A program made the translations under genes and the position numbers. A stretch of DNA of 62,242 nt, filler included, from Chiloscyllium plagiosum (lineage: Eukaryota), in NCBI RefSeq assembly GCF_004010195.1. It is 4 parts of one record of this genome, joined end to end, with 100 filler letters (N's around TTAATTAATTAA, not from the genome) between each part and the next. Parts side by side here need not be neighbours in the genome. Positions count along the whole stretch, not along the records: positions 26,837 to 48,001 come from NC_057710.1; positions 48,102 to 56,015 come from NC_057710.1; 2 more parts are not named here. One strand, written 5' to 3'. The notes below the pieces were generated by a model. The model was given only the letters and a program-made list of their open reading frames with translations. It did no database searches and was not told the DNA's origin. Position 1 is the stretch's first letter. The number at the start of each line of letters is the position of its first letter. Shown one piece after another: positions 37,832-48,277 of the stretch.

Positions 37832-38739
37832 TGTATGGAATGAGCTGCCAAAGGAGTGGTGGTGGAGGTGGGCACAATTACAAAATTTGAAAGACACATT
37901 TGGCAAGTTACATGGATAGGAAAGGTTTTTAGACGGGTATGGGCCAAATGCAGGCAATTGGGACTAGACTGGTTTAGGAAACCTGGTTGGCATGGGTGAG
38001 TTGGGCCAAAGGGCCTGTTTCCGTGCTGTATACCTCTATGACTCAGGCCAATCACTTTCCAATGATGATATAAACTAGCTTCTTAGCATGTTTGCATTAA
38101 CCTCTTGCATTCCACGAGCGATCAGATAATCTGTTTTACGTGATGTTGACTGAGGGATAAATATTGGTCAGGAACTAGGAAGAATGGCCATGACATTCTC
38201 TGAAATACCAACGGCAAACATGCCAAATGCTGGCAAATGGGACTAGATTAATTCGGGATATCTTGTCAGCATGGATGAGTTGGACTGAAGGGTCTGTTTA
38301 CATGCTGTACATCTCTATGACTCTGTGACTTCACGGTTTGTAAAGTGGGTCATCATGCACTGAGTAAAGTGTCATGGAAATGGTATTTCCTGAGCTTCTT
38401 CCGAGAAAACAGATGACAAGCTTTTACACAGCCAAGGTGGAATTTAACTCTGAAAAGTGTAAAGCAATGCACTTTGGAAGAAGGAATTAGACAAGGGAGT
38501 ACTCAATGAATGAGAGAAAGTGAGGACTGCAGATGCTGGAGATCAGAGTCAAAAGGCGTGGTGCTGGAAAACCACAGCCAGTCAGGCAGCACCCAAGGAA
38601 CAGGAAAGTCAATATTTGAGCATGAGCTCTTCATCAGTCTCAATGAATGGCAGGACTATAGGAAGCTCAGAGGACCAGTGGTAATTTTCTATAGATCCCT
38701 GAAGGCGTCGGGACACATTAATAGTTAAGAAAATATAAA

Positions 38740-39200
38740 TTCATAAGATATAGGAACAGAATTAGACCATTCGGCCCATCGAATCTCCTCCACCATTCGA
38801 CCATGGCTGATATGCTCCTCATCCCCATTTTCCTGCCTTCTCCCCCTATCCCTTCAACCCATCACCAATTAAAAATCTGTCTAACTCCTCCTTAAATTTA
38901 TTCACTGTCCCAGCATCCACCGCACTTTGGGGATAGTGAATTCCACAGATTCATAACCCTCTGGGAGAAGGAGTTTCTCCTCAACTCTGTTTTAAATTTG
39001 CTGCCCCTTACCCTAAGACTATGACCTCTCACCCCTAGAATGCCCCACAAAAGGAAGCTTCCGCTCCATGTCTATTTTATCCACACCTTTTATCATCTTG
39101 AATGCATCAATTTGATCTCTATTCATTCTTCTAAATTCCAGACAATATAGGCCAAAACTGTTCAATCTCTCTCAGTTCTGGAATCAATCTTTATGATGTA
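38740..39200 (-). mobile_element. CR1 3' end
   Basis: Reverse-complement CR1 3' coding region and UTR. Confidence 0.8.
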
Positions 39201-39473
39201 CTGTCTACAGCATGCAAGAGAAATTCACCAAGTTTCTCCTGGAATACCATTCCTCATGTCTGGGATTAATACAGAACACTTTCCTTTATCAGTAGAGTAA
39301 TAGGTTAAAAGAGCAGGAAGAGCATGTTCGAGCTATACAGAATTTTGGTTAGGTGACAGCTAGCGTACTGTGTGCAGTTCTGGTAACCGCACTACAGGAA
39401 GGATTCTATGATTTTATGATCTCACAGGCAGTAATGACAAAAATCCTTGGTGCTGTTTACTGAAGAATTCTGA

Positions 39474-40048
39474 TCAGTACTGACCCTCTGACAGTGCAGC
39501 ACTCCCTCGGTACTGACCCTGTGACAGTGCGGCACTCCCTCCATAATGAACCTCTGACAGTGCAGCACTCCCTCGGTACTGACCCTTTGACAGTGCGGCA
39601 CTCCCTCCGTAATGAACCTCTGACAATGCAGCACTCCCTCAGCACTGACCCTCTGACAGTGCGGCACTCCCTCGGTACTGACCCTCTGACAGTGCAGCAC
39701 TCCCTCGGTACTGACCCTGTGACAGTGCGGCACTCCCTCCATAATGAACCTCTGACAGTGCAGCACTCCCTCGGTACTGACCCTTTGACAGTGCGGCACT
39801 CCCTCCGTAATGAACCTCTGACAGTGCAGCACTCCCTCGGTACTGACCCTTTGACAGTGCGGCACTCCCTCCGTAATGAACCTCTGACAGTGCAGCACTC
39901 CCTCGGTACTGACCCTTTGACAGTGCGGCACTCCCTCCGTAATGAACCTCTGACAGTGCAGCACTCCCTCGGTACTGACCCTTTGACAGTGCGGCACTCC
40001 CTCCGTAATGAACCTCTGACAGTGCAGCACTCCCTCGGTACTGACCCT
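39474..40048. repeat. 33-bp tandem repeat with 66-bp higher-order structure, running into a gap
   Basis: Unit TACTGACCCTCTGACAGTGCAGCACTCCCTCGG alternating with a TAATGAACCT variant; about 17 units. Confidence 0.97.
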
Positions 40049-40497
40049 NNNNNNNNNNNNNNNNNNNNNNNNNNNNNNNNNNNNNNNNNNNNNNNNNNNN
40101 NNNNNNNNNNNNNNNNNNNNNNNNNNNNNNNNNNNNNNNNNNNNNNNNNNNNNNNNNNNNNNNNNNNNNNNNNNNNNNNNNNNNNNNNNNNNNNNNNNNN
40201 NNNNNNNNNNNNNNNNNNNNNNNNNNNNNNNNNNNNNNNNNNNNNNNNNNNNNNNNNNNNNNNNNNNNNNNNNNNNNNNNNNNNNNNNNNNNNNNNNNNN
40301 NNNNNNNNNNNNNNNNNNNNNNNNNNNNNNNNNNNNNNNNNNNNNNNNNNNNNNNNNNNNNNNNNNNNNNNNNNNNNNNNNNNNNNNNNNNNNNNNNNNN
40401 NNNNNNNNNNNNNNNNNNNNNNNNNNNNNNNNNNNNNNNNNNNNNNNNNNNNNNNNNNNNNNNNNNNNNNNNNNNNNNNNNNNNNNNNNNNNNNNNN
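40049..40497. other. Assembly gap
   Basis: Run of N. Confidence 1.
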
Positions 40498-40742
40498 TAC
40501 AGCCGCAACATGACCTCCCAACTCCTGTACTCAATACTCTGACCAATAAAGGAAAGCATACCAAATGCCTTCTTCACTATCCTATCTACCTGTGACTCCA
40601 CTTTCAAGGAACGATGAACTTGCACCCCAAGGTCTCTTTGTTCAGCAACACTCCCTAGGACCTTACCATTAAGTGTATAAGTCCTGCTAAGATTTGCTTT
40701 CCCAAAATTCAGCACCTCACATTTATCTCAATTAAACTCCAT
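40498..40742 (-). mobile_element. CR1 RT fragment
   Basis: EQRDLGVQVHRSLKVESQVDRIVKKAFGML. Confidence 0.9.
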
Positions 40743-41138
40743 TTTATCCAAAGGGAAGAGATCCCCAACCTGATATAAATTGAATGGTTTGCCACAAATC
40801 CCTCCCATTATTCTCACCATCTGTGTCCAGAAATTGATTGCAACTTAATTATTTCTCTTTTTAATGTGTAAATGGTTGAGCCACATTTCCCTCATTCCCT
40901 TTGTCAGAGGTCTCTGTCTTTCTATGGACCATAACAACATTATGGTAAATTTTAAACTCGGAGTTGGATTTATTTTGCAGATTGGTTTCTGTTTCTTCAA
41001 AGGTCAGAGTCTGGGGATAGGGCTGTTAATATGGTCAGTAGATCATGTGTAGCTGTGCTAATTTCTAAACTGACTTTCATTTCAAAATTATATTGTTAAT
41101 TGGGGTAACTGGGTTCTGTCCTCTGGGAATAATTGAAA

Positions 41139-41348
41139 ACTACAGATGCTGGAGATCAGAATCAAGAAGTGTTGGTGCTGGACAAGCACAGCAGGTCAGG
41201 CAGCATCCAAGGAGCAGGAGAGTCAATGTTTCGGGCGTAATCCCTTCATCAGGAATGTTGAAGGGCTCTTACCCAATACGTCGACTCTCCTGCTCCTCAG
41301 ATGATACCTGACCTGCTATGCTTTTTGAGCGCCACACCTTTTGACTCT
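41139..41348. mobile_element. PLE family A inverted mini-element (decayed)
   Basis: Inverted arms around about 41255 with degenerate hammerhead halves. Confidence 0.75.
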
Positions 41349-41419
41349 ATCCTCTGGGAGTTAAGCTGGCTGGAGGGAACAAGCCATCAAGACAAAGGCT
41401 TTTAGTGCAGATATAAAAC

Positions 41420-41700
41420 TGTTTGTGTGCATGTGTGCGTGTGTTTGCGTTTGTGCGTGTGTGTGTTTGGGTAAGCATGTGTGCGTGCACAATTGTGTGT
41501 GTTTGTGCATGTGTGTGTATGTGTGTGTCTGTATGCACGCGCATGTGTGTGTGCATGTGTGCGCGTGCGCACGTGTATGTGCGCACACGTGTGTGCATGC
41601 ACTCGTGTGTTTATGCGCACACTTATGTGCATGTGTGTATGCACATGCATGTGTTCATGCGTATGAGTGCATGTTTGGGTGCATGCGTGTGCACGTGTGG
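41420..41700. repeat. Compound (TG)n/(TGCA) purine-pyrimidine microsatellite
   Basis: Directly visible. Confidence 0.95.
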
Positions 41701-43259
41701 AAGCAGAAATTGTTTTTTTATTCTGTGAATTCAGTAGATGGTCAACTTGATCTTCATGCTTTGTGATAAACAGTGAAGGCAATTGATCCAATGTCAGAGC
41801 GAAATGGAAAGCAGATAAAGAAAACAGTGAATGGGAAAGAAATCGATAAACAATGGAGAAAGGGATGGATTGAGAACAAAAATGGAAATAAAGAGAGAAG
41901 GAAATTGAATAGTACAAAGGAAATAGTTTGAGGAGAGATGAGAACAGGGTGGATGATTCATGGTGGTGTCTCATTGCTTCCGCACAATTGTGACCGAGCC
42001 CACTTTATATCCATGAGACGCTTGTTTCTTCTGCGTTTCTTAACACCATACCAGCTGTCCATCAAAACCTGACATCGTTGAGTCATAAGTCTACAGACCA
42101 GCTTAACTTTAGAAATCGAGATACAGGAAACTGAGCAGTCTATCCGTTCTCAATACCTCGCCCACACCTTCAAACCAACTCCTTTAATCCGTCTTGTCCC
42201 ACACACACCCAATAACCGGTTACAATTCAGTTCAGGTCACCTCAACTGCACTTGCACAACTCCTCTCCCAAGACCGTTCCCTTTCTCAAGTAACGGATTC
42301 AACCTTGGCAAAGTGATCATGTGGGCATCACAGGCAAGGCCAGCACTTGTCCCCCAACCCTAATTACCCCTTAAACTGAGTGGCCTGCAAAACCATTTCT
42401 GAGGACAGTAAAGATCCTACCACGTTGCTGTGGACCAGAAGTCATGTGCAGGCCAAACCCGGTAAGGAAGGCAGATTATTGAGGCTGGCTTTCAACTCCA
42501 GATTTTATTAATTGAATTTAAACCACACTGGTTCATAGAGGTGGGATTTGAACCTCTGTTTCTCGAACATTAGCCCAGGGATCTGGAGTGCTAGTCTAGT
42601 GAAGCTATTCCTAATACACAGTCTCCTACTCCAAATCCCATACACACATGTCCCAATACCTACACATGTTCCGATACTTAGACATGTCCCAATAGTCAGA
42701 TGAGCAGATATTGCCAACCTTTGAACTTCAGGTGTTCCTGTAGCATCACCCTTTGTTTTGAGGTGAGTCCCCTGATTCTGGACTTCACTTTGTCCTGTCA
42801 AAAAGAAACCTGAGATCTTGACTGTTGTGCCTGGAGTCACCCTTGGCTGAACTTTCCAATCGTGATATCTTCCCTCCTCCCCTGCCCTTTGCAGGGGCCA
42901 ATGACAGGGAACCTCTTTCCCATAGGGTCCAGACGACTGAGGCTTCAAGCACTTCCTTGGAATTAAAAACGCTCCACACACTAGGAAAACCGGACAAGAG
43001 AAGAGGTAATTGACCACAACCTTTCTCTCATGACCCCTGAACCCAACCATACTGCTTTCACTCCACAAACCTCACGGTGTTTGAGAACAAATGAATGTCA
43101 CTTTTGTCAAAGGGTTTAAGCTGCTTTCCACATGAGTTGTGTGTGTGAAATTCTTAGGATGGGAGCTATTACATACTCAATCAAAGACACTTAGAATTGA
43201 ACTGACAAGGAGAAAGTGGTAAAGTGGTAATGTTACTGGACAAGTAGTCCAGTGATAGA

Positions 43260-44505
43260 ACATCCCTTCAGCCCACAATGTTGTGCCTAACATGACACCA
43301 AATTAAACTAATACATTCTGCCTGCCCTCAGTCCATATCCCTCCATTCCTTGCATATTCCTGTGCTGATCTAAAAGTCTCTCAAATGCCCTTATTGTATC
43401 TTCCTTCACTATCATCCCTGGCAGTGCAATCCAGACCCCTACCACTCTCTGTGTAAAATACCTGCCCCTCACATTTCCTTTGGACTTTCCCCCTCTCATC
43501 TTAAATACACGCCCCTTAGTTTCAGACATTTCAGCTCTGGGAAAAAGACTCTACCGTCAACCCTATCTGTCAATCTCATAATTGTATAGACTTTTATCAA
43601 GTCTCCCCTCAGCCTCTACTGCTCAAGAGAAAATAACCTGAGTTTTTCTAGCCATTCCTAATAGCTCATACCCTCTAATCTGGGCAGCATCCTGGTAAAA
43701 CTCTTCTGCACCCTCTCCAATACCTCCATATCCTTCCTGTAATGTGGTGACCAGAATTGAACACAATACTCTAAGTGTGGCCAAACCAAAGTCTCATAAA
43801 GCTGCAACATTACATCCTGACTCTTATACTCAATTCCCCGACCAATAAAGATAAGCATGCCACACGCCTTCTTTACCACCCTATCTACTTGCAGGGAGCT
43901 ATGGACTTGAACCCCAAGATCCCTCTATACATCAATACTGTTCAGGGCGCTGCCATTAACTATATAATTTTCCTTAAAATTTGATCTCCCAAAGTGCAGC
44001 ACCTCATGCTTACCCAGATTAAACTCCATCTGCCATTTCTCCACCCATATCAGCAACTGATCTATATCCCACTGTATCGTTTGACAACTGTCTACACTAT
44101 CCACAACTCCACTAATCTTAGTATCGTCTGCAAACTTACAAACCCACCCATCAACAGTTTCATCCAAGTCATTTTTATATATATATCATATACAGCAGAG
44201 GTCCCAGTACAAATCCCTGTGGAACACCACTAGTCACAGACTTCCAGCCTGAAAAACACCCTTCCACCATTACCCTCTGCCTTCTATGGGCAAGTCAATT
44301 CTGAATCCATACCTGAATCCATCCATTCCTGAAGAAGGGCTTATGCCCGAAACGTCGATTCTCCTGTTCCTTGGATGCTGCCTGACCTGCTGCGCTTTTC
44401 CAGCAACGCATTTTCAGCTCTGATCTCCAGCATCTGCAGTCCTCACTTTCTCTTCTGAATCCATACAGTCAAGTCACCGTGGATCCCATGCATCACAATC
44501 TGGAT
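43260..44505 (-). mobile_element. CR1 RT and 3' end, interrupted by a PLE family A mini-element
   Basis: KFADDTK and [12 protein letters not shown]; same subfamily as 6268-7627. Confidence 0.93.
44325..44360 (+). ncRNA. Minimal type I hammerhead ribozyme (family A; element about 44323-44452, 14-bp TSD)
   Basis: ATTC-CTGAAGA-A-GGGC-TTAT-GCCC-GAAA-C-GTC-GATT; TSD TTCTGAATCCATAC at 44299-44312 and 44453-44466. Confidence 0.75.
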
Positions 44506-45026
44506 CTCAGCTCATCGTCTGTGGAGATTAGTTCAAATCCCCAGAGTGGCCAATTTAAAATTCAATTAATTAGAAATCTGAGGGAGAAATAGCACCTTCG
44601 CAATTGTTACATTTGTAATTAAAAACATGCTTGATTCATCAAGAAGGAAATCTGCCATCTTGACCTGGTCTGACCTACATGTGATTTTGTGGTTAGTTCC
44701 TAAACACCCTGAGAAATAGTTAAGCCTAGGGTTTAGTTAACAGGGTAGTTAAGGATGCTTAACAAATGTTAACTGTATGAGTGATGTCTACATCTCAAAA
44801 CTCTCCCCCAGGAAGACTCTCTTTGCTGGTACATAAATGCATGGCAGCCTCAAGTGGATAATGAGCATTATGGATTTTTCAATTCACTATCTGGATTACT
44901 TAAAGTTCACGGAAGGAAGGAGCAGACAATCAAGGGTCTATTCATCCCCTCAAGTGTGTTCCATGGTCATAGTTGATCCGCTTTGGTGCATGGTCAATCC
45001 ATCCGCTTTGTTTTCATGTTCCTTAA

Positions 45027-45382
45027 TCATAGAATCCGTAGTATAGAATCCGAACAGTGTAGAAACAGGTACCTCGGAGCACTGAATCCACATCGACCCT
45101 GCAAAGAGCATCCCACTTAGACCCACCCTATCCCTGTTATTTTCCGTGGCTAACCCAGCTAGCCTACACATCCCTGGGCACTATGAGCAATTTAGCATGA
45201 CCAATCCACCTAACCCGCACATATCTGGACTGTGGGTGGAAACCAGAGCATCCAGAGGAAACCCGCACAGACACGGGGAGAATGTGTAAACTCCACCCAG
45301 ACAGTTGCCCGTGGGCGGAATCGAGCCTAGGTCCCTGGCGCTGTGAGGCAGCAGTGCTAACCACTGAGCCACTGTGCCACCC
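45027..45382 (-). mobile_element. HE1-type SINE
   Basis: Head, V-domain and tail on minus. Confidence 0.88.
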
Positions 45383-45619
45383 TAAAGCTCTTAATGTCCT
45401 TTGCCAGGGAAAATCTGTTGATCCCCGATTTAAAATTATTGAGTAGCATTTCTTTGGAGCAGGAACTGGGCACTCGGCGCTTCAAGATTATTCTGCCATG
45501 CAATATGATCACGGCTGATCCAATTACTCCACATTCCCCCACGTTGTGCTCCCAGCCCCAGGTGCAGGGGCCAGAACTGTATGCTATGCTCCAGACGTGA
45601 ACGAACCATGATTTTGGAC

Positions 45620-45978
45620 AGAGTCACAGAGTCCTACAGCGTAGGAACAGACCCTTCAGAGAAGTCGTCCACACCGACCACGTTCCCCAAATTAAACTAG
45701 TCCCTTTTGCCTGCATTTGGTCCAGATCCCGAAACCTTTCCTATTCATGGTACCTGTCCAAATGTCTTTTAAATGTTTTCACTGTACCCACATCAATCAC
45801 TTCCTCTGGCAGTTCATTCCTCATACAAACCACCCTCTGTGTGAAAAAGTTGCTCCTTGAGTCCCTTTTAAATCTTTCCTCTCTCATCTTAAAAATATAC
45901 ACTCTAGTTTTGAACTCCCCCACCCTCATAAAAAGACCTTTGCTATTCACCTTATCTGTGCTCCTCATGATATTACAA
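45620..45978 (-). mobile_element. CR1 3' end
   Basis: NFFTQRVVCMRNELPEEVI. Confidence 0.85.
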
Positions 45979-46894
45979 GTGAGTGGGAGTGTCAAATGGA
46001 AGCCACAACCAGTCCAGCCACAGTCTTAATGAATAGAGGTACAGGTCAAGGGGCTGAATGGCCTTCTCCTACTCATAGCCTGATGGGTGTCTACAGAACA
46101 GGTTCTTGCCAGCTTGCTCCTCTTTTCTAATTTTAAGGAGTACAATTACTTCAATTGTGCAGAAAATGTTTGAGCAACTGGAGGTCAGTCACTAACCGTG
46201 ATGGTAGACCCAACTCCCCACCTAACCCCAGCCAATATCGGAGTCCTTCCTGTTATTTCACCGGCACTGGTCCCAATCTCACAGGCCAAGATTTCAGCAG
46301 CAAAGGCTCAATCTCAAAAGGCTGGCTTGCCGTTTGGCAACTCCCCAAGACTGTAACCTGATCTCAGGGGAAAACCTCCCATAGCTTTTAGCAACAGATC
46401 AGGTTCCAACAGCCCAAGCCTGCTGTGAGAATATCTTTCAATCGTAGACGTTGTTCATCAACTAAACGCCTTCTCCAGACAATCTGAGCACAGGAATTGT
46501 TCGTTGACTGAAGAAAAACCCAAGGACCTTACGCAATGAGTTGGTACTCTCAATGCCTCTTCAGTCTGTCGAAACAAGACTTTCAGGCGCCGTCTGGGAC
46601 TCATCCGTTCCTGGAATCTCAAAGCCATGGAAATACTTTTCCTTTACCCACCCGCTGGAGGATACAGAGGTTAAAAAGTACCAAGAGCATTTTTCTAACT
46701 GAAACGTCCGAAACCTCAGGAATCAATTCAGTAAACCTTTCAGTAGCATTAGTCTTAGAGAAGAACATCCTTCCTCAGAAAATAAGGAGGCCAAAACTGC
46801 ACACAGTATTCACCAAGACGCCACACACAATTCCAATCATCCCTGATCCTGTCCTTGAATCCTCTCGCTATGAAGGCCACCATACCTCACGGAG

Positions 46895-47545
46895 GTGATA
46901 GCCCTACTAATATTATCACTGGACTATTAATCCAGAGACCCAGATAATGCTCTGGGGACCTGGATTTGAATCCTACCATGGTAGACAGTGGAATTTGAAT
47001 TCAATAAAAATGTGGAATTAAGAGTCTAATGGTGACCATAATCCATTGTCGAATGCTGGAAAAACCCAACAATCATGTGGAAAGCAGCTTAAACCCCCTG
47101 AAGAAAGTGACATTCACTTGTTCTCAAACACTGTAAGGTTTGTGGAGTGGTATCAGTATGTTTGGGGTCAGGGCTCAGGGGTCATGAAAGAAATATTGTG
47201 GTCAATTACCTCTTCTTTTCCCAGTGCGTGGAGCATCTTTAATTCCAAGGAAGTGCCTGAAACCACAATTGTATGGATCCTATGGGAAAGAGGTTCTCTG
47301 TCACTGGCCCCTGCAAAGGACAGGGGAGGAGGGAAGATATCACGATTGGAAAGTTCAGCTAGAGGTGATTCCGGGCACTGGATCACTAACCTCCTTCAGG
47401 GAAGGAAACTTCCATTCTTACCTGGTCTGGCTTACATGTGACTCCAGACCCACAGCAATGTGGTTGACTCTTAACTGTCCTCTGGGCAATTAGGGATGGG
47501 CAATAAATACTGGCCTAGACCTCATCCCATGAATGAATAAAGAAA
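46895..47545 (+). mobile_element. Second SINE family split by an unclassified insert
   Basis: Head 46895-47070, core and tail resume at about 47379. Confidence 0.7.
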
Positions 47546-47639
47546 AGAAAATACCATTTGCCTTCTTCACTGCTTGCTGCACCTCCAGGCTGCCTCGCGT
47601 GATTGGTGTACAAGGACACCCAGGTCTCATTGCAGCAAC

Positions 47640-48001
47640 AAATTACTGCAGATGCTAGAATCTGTACTGAGATCACAGCACGTCAGACAGCACCCATGGA
47701 CAGAGAGCAAGATAACATTTCCAGTCTCGATGACTCGTCATCAGAGCTGAAGTCGTGTGGAGGGTATAGCATTTGTGCCAAAGTTTGGGGGAGAAGATTT
47801 GGAGGTGCGGAACTGGGGGCTATGGTTGCCGATGAAGAAAAGATGTTGATACTTCAGACACTGACACCCTATACCCATTAGCACCAGCTCCCCGCTCCCT
47901 CACCCCACCCCACAAACTAGAGCATAAATGCTGTCCCCTCCACACTTTACTTCAGCTCTAATGAAGACTCAAAACGTTAGCTTGCTCTCTCTCTCTCTCT
48001 C
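47640..48001. mobile_element. Possible fourth PLE 3'-end family, inverted, with degenerate hammerheads
   Basis: Minus AGCT-CTGATGA-CGAGTC..GACTG-GAAA-TGTT at about 47715-47750; plus AGCT-CTAATGA..AAAACGTT-AGCT at about 47954-47982. Confidence 0.55.
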
Positions 48002-48101
48002 NNNNNNNNNNNNNNNNNNNNNNNNNNNNNNNNNNNNNNNNNNNNTTAATTAATTAANNNNNNNNNNNNNNNNNNNNNNNNNNNNNNNNNNNNNNNNNNN
48101 N

Positions 48102-48275
48102 ACCCTCCTCTAGCTTATCTCTCCATGCTTCAGGCTCACTGCCTTTATTCCTGATGAAGGGCTTTTGCCCGAAACATTGATTTCGAAGCTCCTTGGATGC
48201 TGCCTGAACTGCTGTGCTCTTCCAGCACCACTAATCCAGAATCTGGTTTCCAGCATCTGCAGTCATTGTCTTTAC
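48102..48275 (+). mobile_element. PLE family A-related 3' end
   Basis: CTGATGAAGGGCTTTTGCCCGAAACATT (CpG-decayed hammerhead). Confidence 0.75.
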
Positions 48276-48277
48276 CC

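Noticed and set aside
39474..40048. CRISPR-like regular repeat
   Set aside because: No unique spacers, eukaryotic context, no cas genes.
39422..40715. Long ORFs of 339-380 aa, with zinc-finger-like HCQR repeats
   Set aside because: Produced by the 33-bp satellite plus the N gap; no C2H2 spacing.
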